DNA of 64,000 nucleotides. Origin: Marsupella aquatica. Lineage: Eukaryota > Plantae > Marchantiophyta. Position 1 is the first letter of the stretch. Each line of letters starts with the position of its first letter. The stretch lies in the NCBI GenBank assembly GCA_973895155.1, contig OZ316896.1, positions 3,448,738 through 3,512,737 of the forward strand, written 5' to 3'. Positions 25,096-37,546 of the stretch are shown one piece after another. The position numbers and the translations under genes are program-made. Under the pieces are notes generated by a model, which was not told the DNA's origin, searched no databases, and saw only the letters and a list, made by a program, of their open reading frames with translations.

Positions 25096-26863
25096 ACTTG
25101 GACTCCAATTTGGATCAAAGCTGGGAAGGTGTAAGTACATAAGCATCACATCCAAAAATCCTCAGATGTGAGTAATCTGCCAGACACCCGTACCTCATTT
25201 CAAATGACGTCTTGAATCCAATAGAACTTGATGGAGAGAAATTTACCAAATAAGCTGTAGTGTTGACAGCTTCAGCCCAAAACTCATGTGGTAAGCATGA
25301 TTGACTCAACATACTCCTTGAGCGTTCCAATAGTGTTTGGTTGAGCCTCTCAGAAACACCATTTTGTTGAGGAGTATAACTTGTTGTGAGATGGCGTGTA
25401 ATCCCCTGCTCCTTACAATATGTTCCAAATTCCCGGAACTGTATTCACCGCCGTTATCCGATCAAAGATATCTCACCTTATGACCAGTCTGATTCTCAAC
25501 TTGGGCTTTCCACTGCTTAAAAGTGGCAAAAACATTAGACTTATTGTGTAGAAAGTATATCCACACATACCTTGAGTAATCGTCTATGAACGTGACATAG
25601 TATAACCGTCTAGAGTGTGAGGGAGTAGGGGGTGGTCCCCACACATCACTATGTACATACTCAAGTACCTTCTTGCTGGTGTGAGTTTCAACTCCAAAGG
25701 GTTTCCTGTGCTGCTTCCCAAGCACACAATGCTCACAAAATTCTAACTTACAAGATTGTAAATTAGAAAGTAATTCCTTTTTTTTAAGAACAGTCAAACC
25801 TTTTTCACTCATGTGGCCCAAATAGCAGTGCCATACTGCCGTCTCCTCATGAGATAAGGTTACATTGGCTTCATCACAAACTACATTGCCCTCCAAAATG
25901 TATAGATTTGTATGTCTCTTTCCCTTCAATACAACTTTAGTACCAGTTGAAACCTGAAGGACACCATTAGCAGAACTCCACCGATGGCCATTTACTTCTA
26001 AAACTCCAAATGAAATGAGATTTTTCTTCATGCTGGGAATATGTCTCACATTCCTCAACGTTCTCACAACACCATCAAACATCTGAAATCTAAGAGATCC
26101 AAGTCCAACTACTTGGATCCATTAGATCGCGATTTTCCTCTGGATTTAGATCTGCCCCGTGATGTAAATCTAAATCTGTTCTACCCATTCGTGCGCTGCA
26201 CTGGTCTTCCATGGTTCACATTCAACGCAGTACCAAAAGAAGATGTTGTGTGTGCTTGATCCAGCTTCTTCTGCATGTGCATCATCAAACAGTAGAGAAC
26301 TCACCACCTCATCATACGAAATGGACTTCAAATCTTTGTACAAGAGCACCTATTTTAAGCCCTGATAAGATGGGGGTAAGGAGCTTAATTAGCAGAAGCA
26401 AGGCCTTATCCTCATCTTCAACTTCCTTACTCAGGTTTGACAGATCCACCGCCAGGCTGTCAAACTCATCCAGGTGATCCTGCAGCCTCGCCTGTAGCTT
26501 GCTCCCTTCCTTGAGCCTGAGGCTCATCAAGAGAGACTTCTTGTACAGTCGGTCTGATGCATCTTCCCGATAGTACTTCTCTCTAAGGGCCTTGAAGAAT
26601 GATGTGCAATCTGCATAATCATCCAGCTTCTTGATGATATGAGGCTTGAGGTATAGCATTACCGCATTGACAACAATCACCTGCTCTTGTCTCCACTGCT
26701 TCACATAAATCTCCTCCTCTCCATCATACTGCTCTCGCAAAGAGAGCATATGAGCTAAGTCCATGGCCCAAAGAACACCCTTCACTTGCTTCTCCCAAAG
26801 CAAGTAGTCAGTACGGCCATCGTACTTCTCTACCTCAAACTTCACTCCTTCGAATCTCGCCAT
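25096..26863 (-). pseudogene. copia-2 gag, GAG-pre-integrase and integrase remnants; zinc knuckle and protease core deleted
   Basis: VEKYDGRTDYLLW gag, DEDKALLLL, WH..LGHMSEKGL, VHSDVWGP, FIDDYSR, FWAEAV motifs. Confidence 0.9.
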
Positions 26864-28968
26864 CTCTCTCTTCTTCCCAACTACCAACAGGTCTAGTAGT
26901 AGAACAGTTTTCTCCATTGCACGCCGCACCGGTGATCGTACCGGTGTTACTTGTTCCTCCTCAAATGGTATCAGCTCTTCCTCAGACTCTCCGTTTAACT
27001 GTTGCAAACCTAAAGCTCCACCGACGTCAATTCTTCCAGTATTCTCCGAGTCACTCTGAATATGAGAAAATCATGAAAAAATGTCTTTTTTCAAAAATTC
27101 TCATAAAACTCAAAATTTAACACCGCCGCGTAGCCCACAAAGCTAGGAGTCCAACGTTGAAAGTCAAAATCAAAATTGAAAATTGACGGAAAAGTTATTC
27201 AAATTTTGGTTGGGGTGGGTAAAATCTTGGGAAACTCCCCCGTTTTAACCACCTTAGGGAATAACCAAAATACCTAGTATAACCCGTCATCGGAATTGAG
27301 ATTTGATTGGTGCGCCGCATTGCTAACTTGAATGGCTACGACCTCGCCAAAAAAGAACCAAAATAATTATTGTTTGGCGCACAGAATCTTTGTTGGATGG
27401 CCAAAAAAAAGCTCTATGTTTTTTGGGAATAATCCTGCACAGTTTGACAGGGCTCAAAGGGGGCCGGTCCCCCTGTCAAAGCGGTTAAAATGGAGGGCGG
27501 CATGTCCCGGCACAAGGGAGAACCAATAAGAGGGAAAAAAAGGTAAAAAGTGGGCCGTAAAGGGGGTGTTTAAGCCTCTTACCAAAAGGTGGTATAAATG
27601 GTCAGGGATACATAGTGGGCGAGGAGTAGGGGGCATAAAGGGGGTGGCGTGCGTGCAGCTACAGCTACGTATGCAGTTGGATACAGGGTGGCGGGGCATA
27701 CCATCTCCGTGCGTTGGAGAGGGGCGCCAGCAGGAGGCGGTCGCAAAGGGGCAGGGCATGGCAGGGCCGATCGGAGGGAGAAACCAGCCCCTGGTGAGCG
27801 CACGGTCACGCGTAAGCGCCGGCCGGCGCTCGTGACCAGCCGAAGGGAGAAACGGGGGTGAAAATGGGGGAGTATCGGGGGAAACACGCTGACCAACCAA
27901 ACAAGAAGTGTGACGACCAAACGAGAAGTGTGTTTTGATTTTCGCAAAAAAATGGCAAAAAATATCTTAAATTGATATCAAAAACACAAATTCTTAGATA
28001 TATGCAAAATTGGATCCAACATCAAATTCCAAATTGAGATACTTTTTGACAAAAAATGGAAAATCACTAAAATCTTGGATTTTAGAACAATTGATCCCAA
28101 AAATATTTGTCAAACAGAAAACCCATAAAACAATGATTTTCAAGTCCTATTTCCGCACACTAAATCAATTCGCCCGGAAAAACTTGAATAACACAAATCT
28201 CCATTTGACAAGCAAATCATTCAAACCCAAAATGGGATACGCCGTATCCCGTTTTAGATTCATCCGTTGAAAATCAAACAAAAACACGCTAAGTTGATCA
28301 TTTGGGGCCTTTAGTTATCATATCGGCTAAACTAGATTTGAATGTTTATCAAAGGTAAAACGATGTATTGCATAAACTTTACTAGCGACCACGGTTGACC
28401 AACGCAGTCAATTAAGTTAACTCAAGTAGATGGTTGGACATATTGTAGACCGTTTATTTCCCAACCGCCAACCTCCATCTAACAAATTAGAGATATGAAT
28501 ACCAACAAGGATCCATGGATCCCATTTTATTTCCCAAGTCCAAAAAGAACTTAGCCAAAAGTCGGGGTGAATACGAAATGGGATCCACGGATCCCATTTG
28601 GTATTCACCCTTCCAAATTTGCCATTGTCGAACCCCCGCGTTGCTAAATCAACGTTTGAATACCAATCGGGATCCATGGATCCCATTGTCCGATCCAACT
28701 CAAGAAACAAACAATTTTGGAATACTCTTTTCTCTCAAAGATCAATTTTCTTCTCGTTTAAAGATTTGTACGGACCAATGAATGGAAGCCACGTGGACAC
28801 ATTCCCAAAAACTATATAAGAACAAGCTTGCATATGATTCTGTCTTCAGTTTTTACAACTCATTTTAGGTTCTCAAATAGTGAGTCTCTATTTTCCTAGA
28901 TTGGAGTCACCGGAACGTTCCACTCCCCATAGGAATCCTTAGTCTTATAGAACCTTGATACTATCTCA

Positions 28969-31900
28969 ATGGCGTCTTCAGGTGACAAGTCTATTTACAG
29001 TTCTGATGCATCTTTGCCAGATGTTGTTCGCAAATTCATTCCATCTCGTTTGATGAAGGAGCTTCCAGTTTCACAAAGAGTTTTGTCAGAGATGTCATTT
29101 TCATCAGATTCAGAGAGTTCAGGGTCTGATTCCGAGTCTGGGAGAAGTGTTGTTGGAGCTCCAACATCTTATTATGTTTCTCCAAGTAAACCACTTATAC
29201 AACATTTGCTTGGGAGAAAAGCCACTGTCATACCCTTAGGTCAGACTAGCTCACCGCAAACCCCTCCAGATGCACCCAAATGTCGGCCTCAGTTTCTAAT
29301 GCCAAGAACAATGTTGCCATGTAGGCCCGCCAAGAGATCTCCTCTAGTTTTCCCGATGTCGCGTCCTCTTGGAGTCCAGATAGCTTTGTCTAGTGTGCAA
29401 TCGTAGTTTGAGCGAATGAGAAGTTCGACGGTGCTAGAAGTGTCGGCCGCACGAAGAATATCCAGAGGGATCCCTACTCGAAGTTTGTGGAATGGAGAGC
29501 GGGAATTGCCAATTTCATCTCCTTCGCTACCAAATTCCATTAGTGGAATACCAAGTGGGATCCGTGGATCCCATTTGGTATTCCCTCCTGGAATTTTACT
29601 AAATGGCGAGCCAAAATTGCAAATCGAGCAACCTTCGCCTACTGATTTGGTGGGAGGAATGCAAAATGGGATCCGTGGATCCCACTTGGTATCCCCTCCT
29701 GGAATTTTACCAAATGTTGAGCCCGAATTGCGAAGCAATCAAACTTCGTTAGTCGCTTTGGGCGGAGGAATGAGACAAGGGATCCGTGGATCCCACTTTG
29801 TTTTACCCAATGGAAAATTGTCAAGCGCTGCCATAGAACCACAAGTGGGGCAGCTCTCACTTTGAAGTCCAAGTGGACGAATACGAGTTGGGATCCACGG
29901 ATCCCATTCTGTGTTCCCATCGGTGATTTTGCCTAGTGGTCAATCAAACGTCAACTTTGGGCTTCGAAGCCCTTTGGCTTGAATGCAGTGTGAGGTTGCT
30001 GGATCTTTGGTAGCCCTTTGGCTTGAATGCAGCATTTGTGATCTCCTTCCTCCCTTTTGATCAAGTGTCACAAATGCTGCAGGTGTCCATCAAATTCCTC
30101 ACAGATTGTTGCGAAGTGCGTTGCCACAAACTTGCCCAAAAAATTCAAGGCTAGAGGAAAATTGAAGGTTGTTCAGAGACTATTCAATGGTCAGGATGAT
30201 CCGTCTAGTCGAGAGACACCAAGGCAAGGAGTACATTCTCAGAGACAAGTGGGGAATACTCATGTAGAAGCAAGGAATATCGGTAGAAGATTTCAGAGAA
30301 GAAATCTTCGGGTACCAATTTCTTTTCCAGAAGAATCTAAAGAAGAATCAGAGGTACCAGCCAATGCCGGGGAGATGCCATAGGGACTGTTGAAATCTCA
30401 AATATTGTTAAAGAGGTCCTTGGTCGCGAGAGTGCTCACGAACCAGTCTTAGAAAGTGTAGAGAGTGAAAGTAATACCGGAGAAGATCAAGATACTTTTG
30501 TTTTAAGTTCAATGAGTCCCATGGAAAGTAGTGGAGGAGTGAATTCTCCCGACACAATACAGGATAGAGTAGAGGTGAGAAGACCAAGCAAAAAAATTAG
30601 AGACCAGATGATTTGTAAAGATAGGCTTATCAATACGAACTTGAAAAAACAAAAAATTAAAGATATTTTTAAGTATTCCTGTTGTGACAAGTTTTGCTTG
30701 AGGTCTTTAGGTCTAGAAGAATGTTGGAAACAATGTAAGTATTATTTTGGTCTCTCACACTCACAAAAAAGCATTCTTTTGCGAGGATGTATTATGAGTA
30801 ATTATAATACTTCCCGTGGATATAGTGTGAATGGACAAACTATTTGTAGAGGAGGTTCAAGAAACTATATTCCATAGGGAATAATAGGCTACAATCCATG
30901 CAAACATGTTCACCAGGATTGAACGAGATACATTTTGTAAGGAAGACTCGCCTTCATTTCTCAACTTGGTGGAATGGTTGAAAGATTTCTTTCAAAAAAA
31001 CATGGATAGTCTTCCCCATAAAGAAATTCATCACTTGCCAGACAATTAGACAAAGCAAGAGATTCATGAAATCTTTCTCGCCGAAACAATCTTGCGGGAA
31101 GAGCAATATGTTACATATTCTTATTTCTTGCGCATTTGGAAGAAGAAGTTTTCAAATGTTTGGATTCCCAAAAGGAGTCGTTTTTCCACTTGTTGTCCAT
31201 GTACCGAATTCAAGGCTCTTCGAGACAAAGCAACGACAGAAGAAGATAAAAGTAAGTTCATTGTAACCTTACATTTGTGTCTAACTAAGATAGTGATAAG
31301 TTAGACACAATGATGAATAGATAATTTATTGATTACGCATGATTGTATTATTGCAAGAAAGTATATCAACGCTCTTATGGAGCATCGAAGAGTACAATCA
31401 CTCGAGAGGATGAAGTTGGCAAAGCATCGAAAGAAATGCTATGATGAACCCAACAAGTATTTGGGTATTTGTATTGACGGTATGGATCAAAAGAAAACTG
31501 AGCTACCACATTTTATTCGATGTCCAAAGAACATGGATGAGAAATATTTCATCCCTATACATGTTGTGGGTTGTCTTATCTTTAATAGAAAGCTTGCGGC
31601 AAAGTTTTTCTAACTTACCCCAACATCCACAATGATGCAAATCTCACCATTCATGTTATTCAAAATATTTTGAATACATGGGATGGGATATTGCCACGGG
31701 TATTATATCTTCAATTGGATAATACCACTAGGGAGAACAAGAATAAGTTCTTGATGGCTTATCTACACATGTTGGTAGATTTAAAGGTTTTTGACAAGAT
31801 AAAAGTTGGCTTTTTGTTGGTTGGTCATATGCATGACCAAATAGATCAGATGTTTAGCAAGTTCTCATCTAGATTAAATAAGCATAAAGCATTTTGCTTA

Positions 31901-32952
31901 GATACTCTTGTGGATATTCTACAACGGACATATTCTCCTCAAGCAGATGTAATTTTTGTGGATGAAGTTGTGGACTTCAGAAAATTTGTGAATGAGACCG
32001 ACCAACCAAATGACAACAGAGTTTCAGGTCGAGTTTTGAGAGATCTCAACCTCATAACTTTTCAAAGACAATTCAGATTCAAGCGAGGCATTGTAGATGA
32101 CAACGAAGTGACCATGTTTCATGGGAAACATCTATCTACAACCTTTGATTGGGGAGACGTGGTAGCATTTGTCAACTACATCCCCACTTCAAGAATGTGG
32201 GTTGTAGCACAAATGTCACTAAAGTCAGCAAAAGGTGTTGAACGGGATGATGATTTGATGGACTCAAATGGTGCATTATCCATTCTGGTGAAATATCAAA
32301 AAGCAATTCAAGAGGGATTCAATTACTTTGACGATGAAGATAAACTATGGTGGATGACATTCTTTGAGAAGCAAATGATGTTATCAAAAACCACTTAGAG
32401 GAGGGTGAGTGGTTATTTGAATGGGTTTGGCCACAACAAAATGAAAGGCGTGGACTTGGTGGTGTGTCAAAAAATCAGATTTCGAAGTTCGAAGATGTTG
32501 ACCCAACTCTAGTTGATAAGGTTGTAGGACCACAGAGGATTATTTACTCAGGTCCTCGGCGAAAGCAACCTGAACTTGGAGATTTCAAAGATATGAAAGT
32601 GAACAACAAATGGTCAATGATATGCGTAGCAGCACACAAAGATCCAGAAGGCAAGTTATTTTGGATGGCAAAGGTGTCAAAGATTTTGACAAAAAGAGAA
32701 AACATTCCGGAAAGAATCAAAATCACGTGGTACACAACTGAGGCAAGTGCTGAGACTGCAATTGATGGAAAATATTTTCCAGAAAAAGATAATGTATCTA
32801 ATAGACTTTGTCAAGATGAACTTGTTTTGTCGTCAACAGCAATATATGCATACAATTTTGCGCTTTTGACAAATAACCAAATAGTAGCAAAAACAAAGAA
32901 GATTATAGAGGCTGCTATTTTAGAGCGAGGTTCTGTATCTTCAGAAGATTGA
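28969..32952 (+). pseudogene. DDD/E transposase, Sola-like (DUF7869-type), frameshifted, with a repetitive N-terminus and a Tudor/PWWP-like C-terminal segment
   Basis: YSCCDKFCL, WKKKF..V.IPKRSRFSTCCPC, ICIDGMDQ, LYLQLDNTTRENKN and FLLVGHMHDQIDQMFS motifs. FWMAKV...ITWY in 32464-32952. Probable intron near 31251-31356. Confidence 0.75.
29557..29905 (+). repeat. Four 16-bp palindromes GGGATCC-NN-GGATCCC at a 111-bp period
   Basis: Starts at 29557, 29668, 29779, 29890. The first three are read in frame as GIRGSH in ORF 29416-29865. Confidence 0.9.
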
Positions 32953-32966
32953 GTTTCATTTACTAA

Positions 32967-33926
32967 TTAGACTAGTAATGCTGATACATGCATTAATTTA
33001 ATAACTCTATCTCTGATCACCTTTCGCAAGTGGCATGCTTGGGTGGGGTTGTACCAATCTCTTGTAAATAAAGACTCTGCGGATATAGATTTTGAATTAT
33101 TCCATTGAACTCTAATTTGATCCATGTTGTGTAGGACAAATAAACCACAATCTGTGGTATTTGGTTGTTGTGGCACCTGAAAAAAACATGGTGTATTTTA
33201 GTATAATTCATAAATATGTTTTTCAACCCAAAAAGAATTAAAAATCAAATAAATCACATACCTTTGGATTCCATATCTCCATAACACCCAATGACACTTT
33301 TCCAAAAAATAGTTCCCATTCTATTGTGAAATATCTGCAAGTCATTGAAAGCGATTCCTTAGTCAGTAGCATTTATAATCACATGAATTAAATAATCTCA
33401 TTTGAAAAACAAATAGTAGAAGATAAAGTTAAGTCTTTCACCTTTTCAGTGCCGATTCAATTACACAAGTTTCATGTAGACCAACAAGTGAGTCTAGATG
33501 ATACATTTGGATCAAAGATTGAGATCGATCCAAACATATGACAACCAAACTCCAATGGCCACTCATGTGAATTGGCATAAGAATAACCTCAATCTTGGAA
33601 AACGGTGGCTTGTAATAAGCTCGCATTTTCTATAAAGATTCTTTAAGGGATTCATGTGTTGGTTCTTTTTCAATCCTTGAAACCATCCAAGGATAAAAAA
33701 AGGAGGATAACGTGTTTACCATTGGAGCAAGATCTCCCTGTTCTTCTATTTGGGACTTTGGGTAAAATTCCATAATTTTGTCACCCAAATATTGGTCGGG
33801 TTCAAGTTGTTCCAATGTTTCTTGATTGAGGAGATGACCAACAAAAGGATTGTGCAAAAATCTATGAAGAACACTTTTCAATTCAATAACCTCCTTTGAT
33901 GGATCCTGCAAGGACATTATTGTCAC
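32967..33926 (-). pseudogene. Ulp1/SENP (C48) SUMO-protease domain; last exons of the cargo gene
   Basis: YLGDKIMEFY, LSSFFY, MPIHMSGHWSLVVI, YHLDSL, PQQPNTTDCGLFVL give an intact H-D-(Q)-C set. GT/AG introns near 33441/33336 and 33262/33176. In-frame TAG at 33630. Confidence 0.88.
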
Positions 33927-34236
33927 ATAAGACTTAACATATAAATCTATTTCAATATTTCCGGAAGTTCATATACATTTTGGGGGAAATCTCAATTGCA
34001 GCAAACTAATCTCAAAATAATCTCTACACCTCAAGGAATGAGCCAAGATCTAATGCCGGAGCTTCTGCTTCCTCTTCCTCCTACTCCTCGTCTTCATCTG
34101 CATCATCATCATTCTCGGCCGTGGTTGTAATGATGCAAGGTCCGGTGGTGAGAGTGCTTGTCATACCACCAATCGGTGGTTGTATCTCAAAACTCATCGG
34201 CCCTGTACCCTCCTCAATTGCTTCCTCATTCAAGTC

Positions 34237-35145
34237 TCATGATTCATCTAGCGTGACTAGTCGAGTCTGGATACAGTCTATCTGTTGAGCACTCAACTCC
34301 ACAGCTGTAACATGTCGCTTTGCCAATGAAGCCCCACACGAAGTGGACCCACTTCCGGCGCATAAATCAGCAATCCAATCTCCTTCTTCACTAAAATGCT
34401 TGATGAACCAATCTGCAAGGGCTATCGGCTTCTGGTACGGATTCACTATGTCCCCTAAGGGTGTTACACATTTTTTGGTAACGCAAGGTACCTTGATGAT
34501 GTTGATTCTTTTCTCATCATGCTCAAAATTGTACATTTCCCTGGTCCTGATACCACCTTCATTATAATATCCAATGGACCAGTTCTCAAACGCCCAAGCT
34601 AGCCTATTCCCGGAGGGGTGTGCATGTACATTTGGCTTCTCCCAAATTCCTGCCTCAACTCCAGCGTTGCAAGTCTTTCCCAAAGCATTCAAAACGGAGA
34701 CACTTTGTTGCAACGAATGAATAACAACAAACCTCCACATAGGTGAAGTAGTCACCTTAGCAAAACATTTCACCATATCAATAATATCTTTCTCCAAAAA
34801 TGGAACTTCATCATTCTCAGAGCCGACGGCATTGAATCCATAAGGAATGTCGGCGATTACAAGTGTGTAAGGCCGTTTCTCCAAGAACCTATCAAGCGCC
34901 TGGACATCTCCACAGTGGAGAGTATAGTTGATGAAATTTCCATCAGAATTTTTCCAACGGTGGTCACTTGATTTTGCTTGAACAATGTCGATGCCAATCC
35001 GACAATTATAATTCTCAATAGCTTCCTGAACCATATTCTTAAAACCAGGGGGGATAATATCGGAACTAAGCTCCTCCTCTACCGTCTCCTCGCCATCATT
35101 TGACACTTGAACCATTTTGTTCTTCTTCTTCAAGAAGGCTTTCAA
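34237..35145 (-). CDS. Beta-class N6-adenine/N4-cytosine DNA methyltransferase domain (exon of the cargo gene)
   Basis: LHCGD, VIADIPYG (DPPY-like motif IV), IWEKP, NPYQKP, then EGDWIADLCAGSGST...VTAVE (motif I). This is the beta permutation order. AG acceptor at 35147-46. Confidence 0.88.
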   Translation of the reverse strand: MKAFLKKKNKMVQVSNDGEETVEEELSSDIIPPGFKNMVQEAIENYNCRIGIDIVQAKSSDHRWKNSDGNFINYTLHCGDVQALDRFLEKRPYTLVIADIPYGFNAVGSENDEVPFLEKDIIDMVKCFAKVTTSPMWRFVVIHSLQQSVSVLNALGKTCNAGVEAGIWEKPNVHAHPSGNRLAWAFENWSIGYYNEGGIRTREMYNFEHDEKRINIIKVPCVTKKCVTPLGDIVNPYQKPIALADWFIKHFSEEGDWIADLCAGSGSTSCGASLAKRHVTAVELSAQQIDCIQTRLVTLDES

Positions 35146-35510
35146 CTACAAAACATCAAGGCACCAGTCAGAGTTAAATGATAAAACTATGCATTGAATA
35201 CCAAGAGGGATACCAAGTATCCCATTTGGTATCCGACTAAATAAATCCGGTGAATCATGCTTCTAACCCTCAAACTCCAACTTGAATCCCGAATGGGATA
35301 CGGGGTATCCCATTTCGGATTCCACCTAGGGAAAATCAAAGGAACAACACTAACATAGCCAAACCAGGGATACCTAGAGAAAAAGAAAGAAACAACTTGA
35401 ATAGAGCCAAAATTGATTGTGAATCCCAAATGGGATACACGTATCCATTTTTGAATTCAACCTTTGAAAACACAAAATGAAAACATCCAATGCAAGCTGA
35501 ATCAACTTAC

Positions 35511-36443
35511 CACATCCGAGAGTTTGCCACTCCATCTTTCGAGCTCCGCAGACTGGGTCTCCTTGGGAAACATCTGTTTACAAGTCGCCAGACAATTGCA
35601 CAATTGCACAAACAGTTTACTAATCTTCACAAGCTTCTTGTAACTTTTGGCCTCTTTGGCCATCTGCTCTAGACTGATCATTCGATCCTTAACTCGAAGG
35701 AGAAGGGATTCCAAAAACCGGTCCTGCTCAATCCCTTGGATCCCTCTCCAAGGTGTCAACGCTAGCCCATTTGCTAGCTTGTTCAAAGGTTTCACAATGG
35801 GCATGGCCTTTTGCTTGGACCCTTTTTTCACTATTTTCACAGGGGATTTTTGTTTGTTCTGCCCTTTGATCTCAAATCTGTTCCACATGTCAAAGATCTG
35901 GTCTTGGAGGTCCCAAACTTTTCCAGATCTAAATGATATCTGGAAATGTGGTTCGTGCTTCTTCAATGTTTTCCCAACCCCTAGAATGAAGCCATCAAGA
36001 CACACCTCCGAAGCACAGGCCTCTCTAGTCTCTTTCATTTTTTGCATACCTCTGGCAATGAAGACCTTATGCATTGTTCGGATTTGATCGATATTGTTCA
36101 TCTTTTTCTGATAATCCTGGTCAATATTGTGTTGAATACTGAGTTTCTGGACGTCAGCCCTTGTAAGCCCTGCATAGACCCAGGCTTGAAGTTTGTTGAA
36201 GATTTCCCGACCATAAGCCTCAAACAATTCTCTCTTGGCTAGCGCTCCGTGATTACCCCCAATTACCCGGTATCTCCAGGTCGATGCCTTGGCCGGGTCC
36301 CAATCTTCAACGGACGGACAATCTTCAGGGATAACAAACAGCACAAATGGCGTCGTGAAATTTGTTGGATTCAGCTTCATCAAAGTCTTGATATTTTTTA
36401 CGTGCAAACGATCAACAGTCTGAAACCAACGTGGAGTTTTCAT
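35511..36443 (-). CDS. ParB/Srx-like domain exon, spliced in frame to the MTase exon
   Basis: VD..HV..IK..M, PFVLFV, YRVIGGNHGALA (ParB 'y.vidG.HR..A'-like), AWVY, L...HN. Donor GTG|GTAAG at 35511/35510 is phase 0, matching acceptor 35145. Confidence 0.65.
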
Positions 36444-36522
36444 CCTTCATGTCATCGACCAGGAGGAGGTTTGTTGTTTTTAGAATGACTGTGGTCTTCT
36501 GAACTCTTTTTGTCTCCATTAA

Positions 36523-37467
36523 TCAAGACACTTCTTCCCTTAGAACTGACGTCTCTTCACGTTGTAGGGCTGTAGTCAGTTCATTCGTTGAATCTTCCTT
36601 GCTCTCAACAATCATCGGACCCTTCCCCTTGGATGCGACGGATGGCCCACCTTGTGAAGTTGGAGGAATCTCACCTACCGATCTCAAAGGTAAAGGAGGA
36701 GCTGTTGACACTACTCTCTTCTGGATTTCTCGTCGATCCAACTTAGTCTTCTCTTTGGCAGGATCTTCTGAGACAGTGGCACCTGATCCTTCCCCAGATT
36801 TTCCAACAGATGTTGCTGGTGCTTTCTTCTTGTTCTTTGGCTCGGAAACTGCCTTCTCTTTTGTTGTGGTTGTCTCCGAATCCTCCACTGTCCCAGACGG
36901 ATTAGTTGGCCTGTGTATCTTCAACTTCAATGGAGTTCTTTCCGGACCCTTAAAGTCTTCTCCAACCACTGAGCGATACACAATTCTGGTGAAGTCCTGC
37001 ACGACCTTCCACAACGTTAAGGCATAATTCAAGCACCAAAAACAAAATGTATCCACATCAGGCACCTCCGCCACAAGCTGAGTGATTGAGTCCTCTGGAA
37101 ATGTATTCATGGAGACTCGATCAAGTTTCTCATAGTTCAAAACCAACATAGAGAAGGTCTTGTCAACACCAATGTAAAGAAACATTGGTACCATCTTAAC
37201 TTTCTTGGTTTTTGTATCAACGATGTCCGCCTTGGCTGTGTCAATCACCAATCCTTGGTGGCAATGCTTTTTACCCTTCATGACAATCAACCATAACGCT
37301 GCCCAGCCTGAATATGCTCGATGAAGATCAAGCTCACGAGCATCACGCAAATACCACTTGTTCCTGAGGAATTTCTCCTCAACATAGAGATCTTTTTTCC
37401 AGATCTCATTGATGATGGCTTGTCGGGAAGAGCCAGAAGAACCCAAAGCACTTGACTTGTTCGACAT
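36523..37467 (-). CDS. N-terminal segment of the cargo gene (unknown domain plus K/S/T-rich linker), separated from the ParB part by a stop and a frameshift
   Basis: 314-codon ORF, collinear with and just upstream of the ParB-like ORF. Confidence 0.55.
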   Translation of the reverse strand: MSNKSSALGSSGSSRQAIINEIWKKDLYVEEKFLRNKWYLRDARELDLHRAYSGWAALWLIVMKGKKHCHQGLVIDTAKADIVDTKTKKVKMVPMFLYIGVDKTFSMLVLNYEKLDRVSMNTFPEDSITQLVAEVPDVDTFCFWCLNYALTLWKVVQDFTRIVYRSVVGEDFKGPERTPLKLKIHRPTNPSGTVEDSETTTTKEKAVSEPKNKKKAPATSVGKSGEGSGATVSEDPAKEKTKLDRREIQKRVVSTAPPLPLRSVGEIPPTSQGGPSVASKGKGPMIVESKEDSTNELTTALQREETSVLREEVS

Positions 37468-37546
37468 TTTGCGTAGAATAAACCACCTGTTAGAATTTCA
37501 AGCCTCATATGGTCCAATTAGGCAACAAGTCCATAATCCAATGTGT

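Noticed and set aside
34237-35145. Bacterial contamination or a restriction-modification system
   Set aside because: The MTase is an exon with canonical spliceosomal introns, lies within plant TEs, and has no endonuclease partner.
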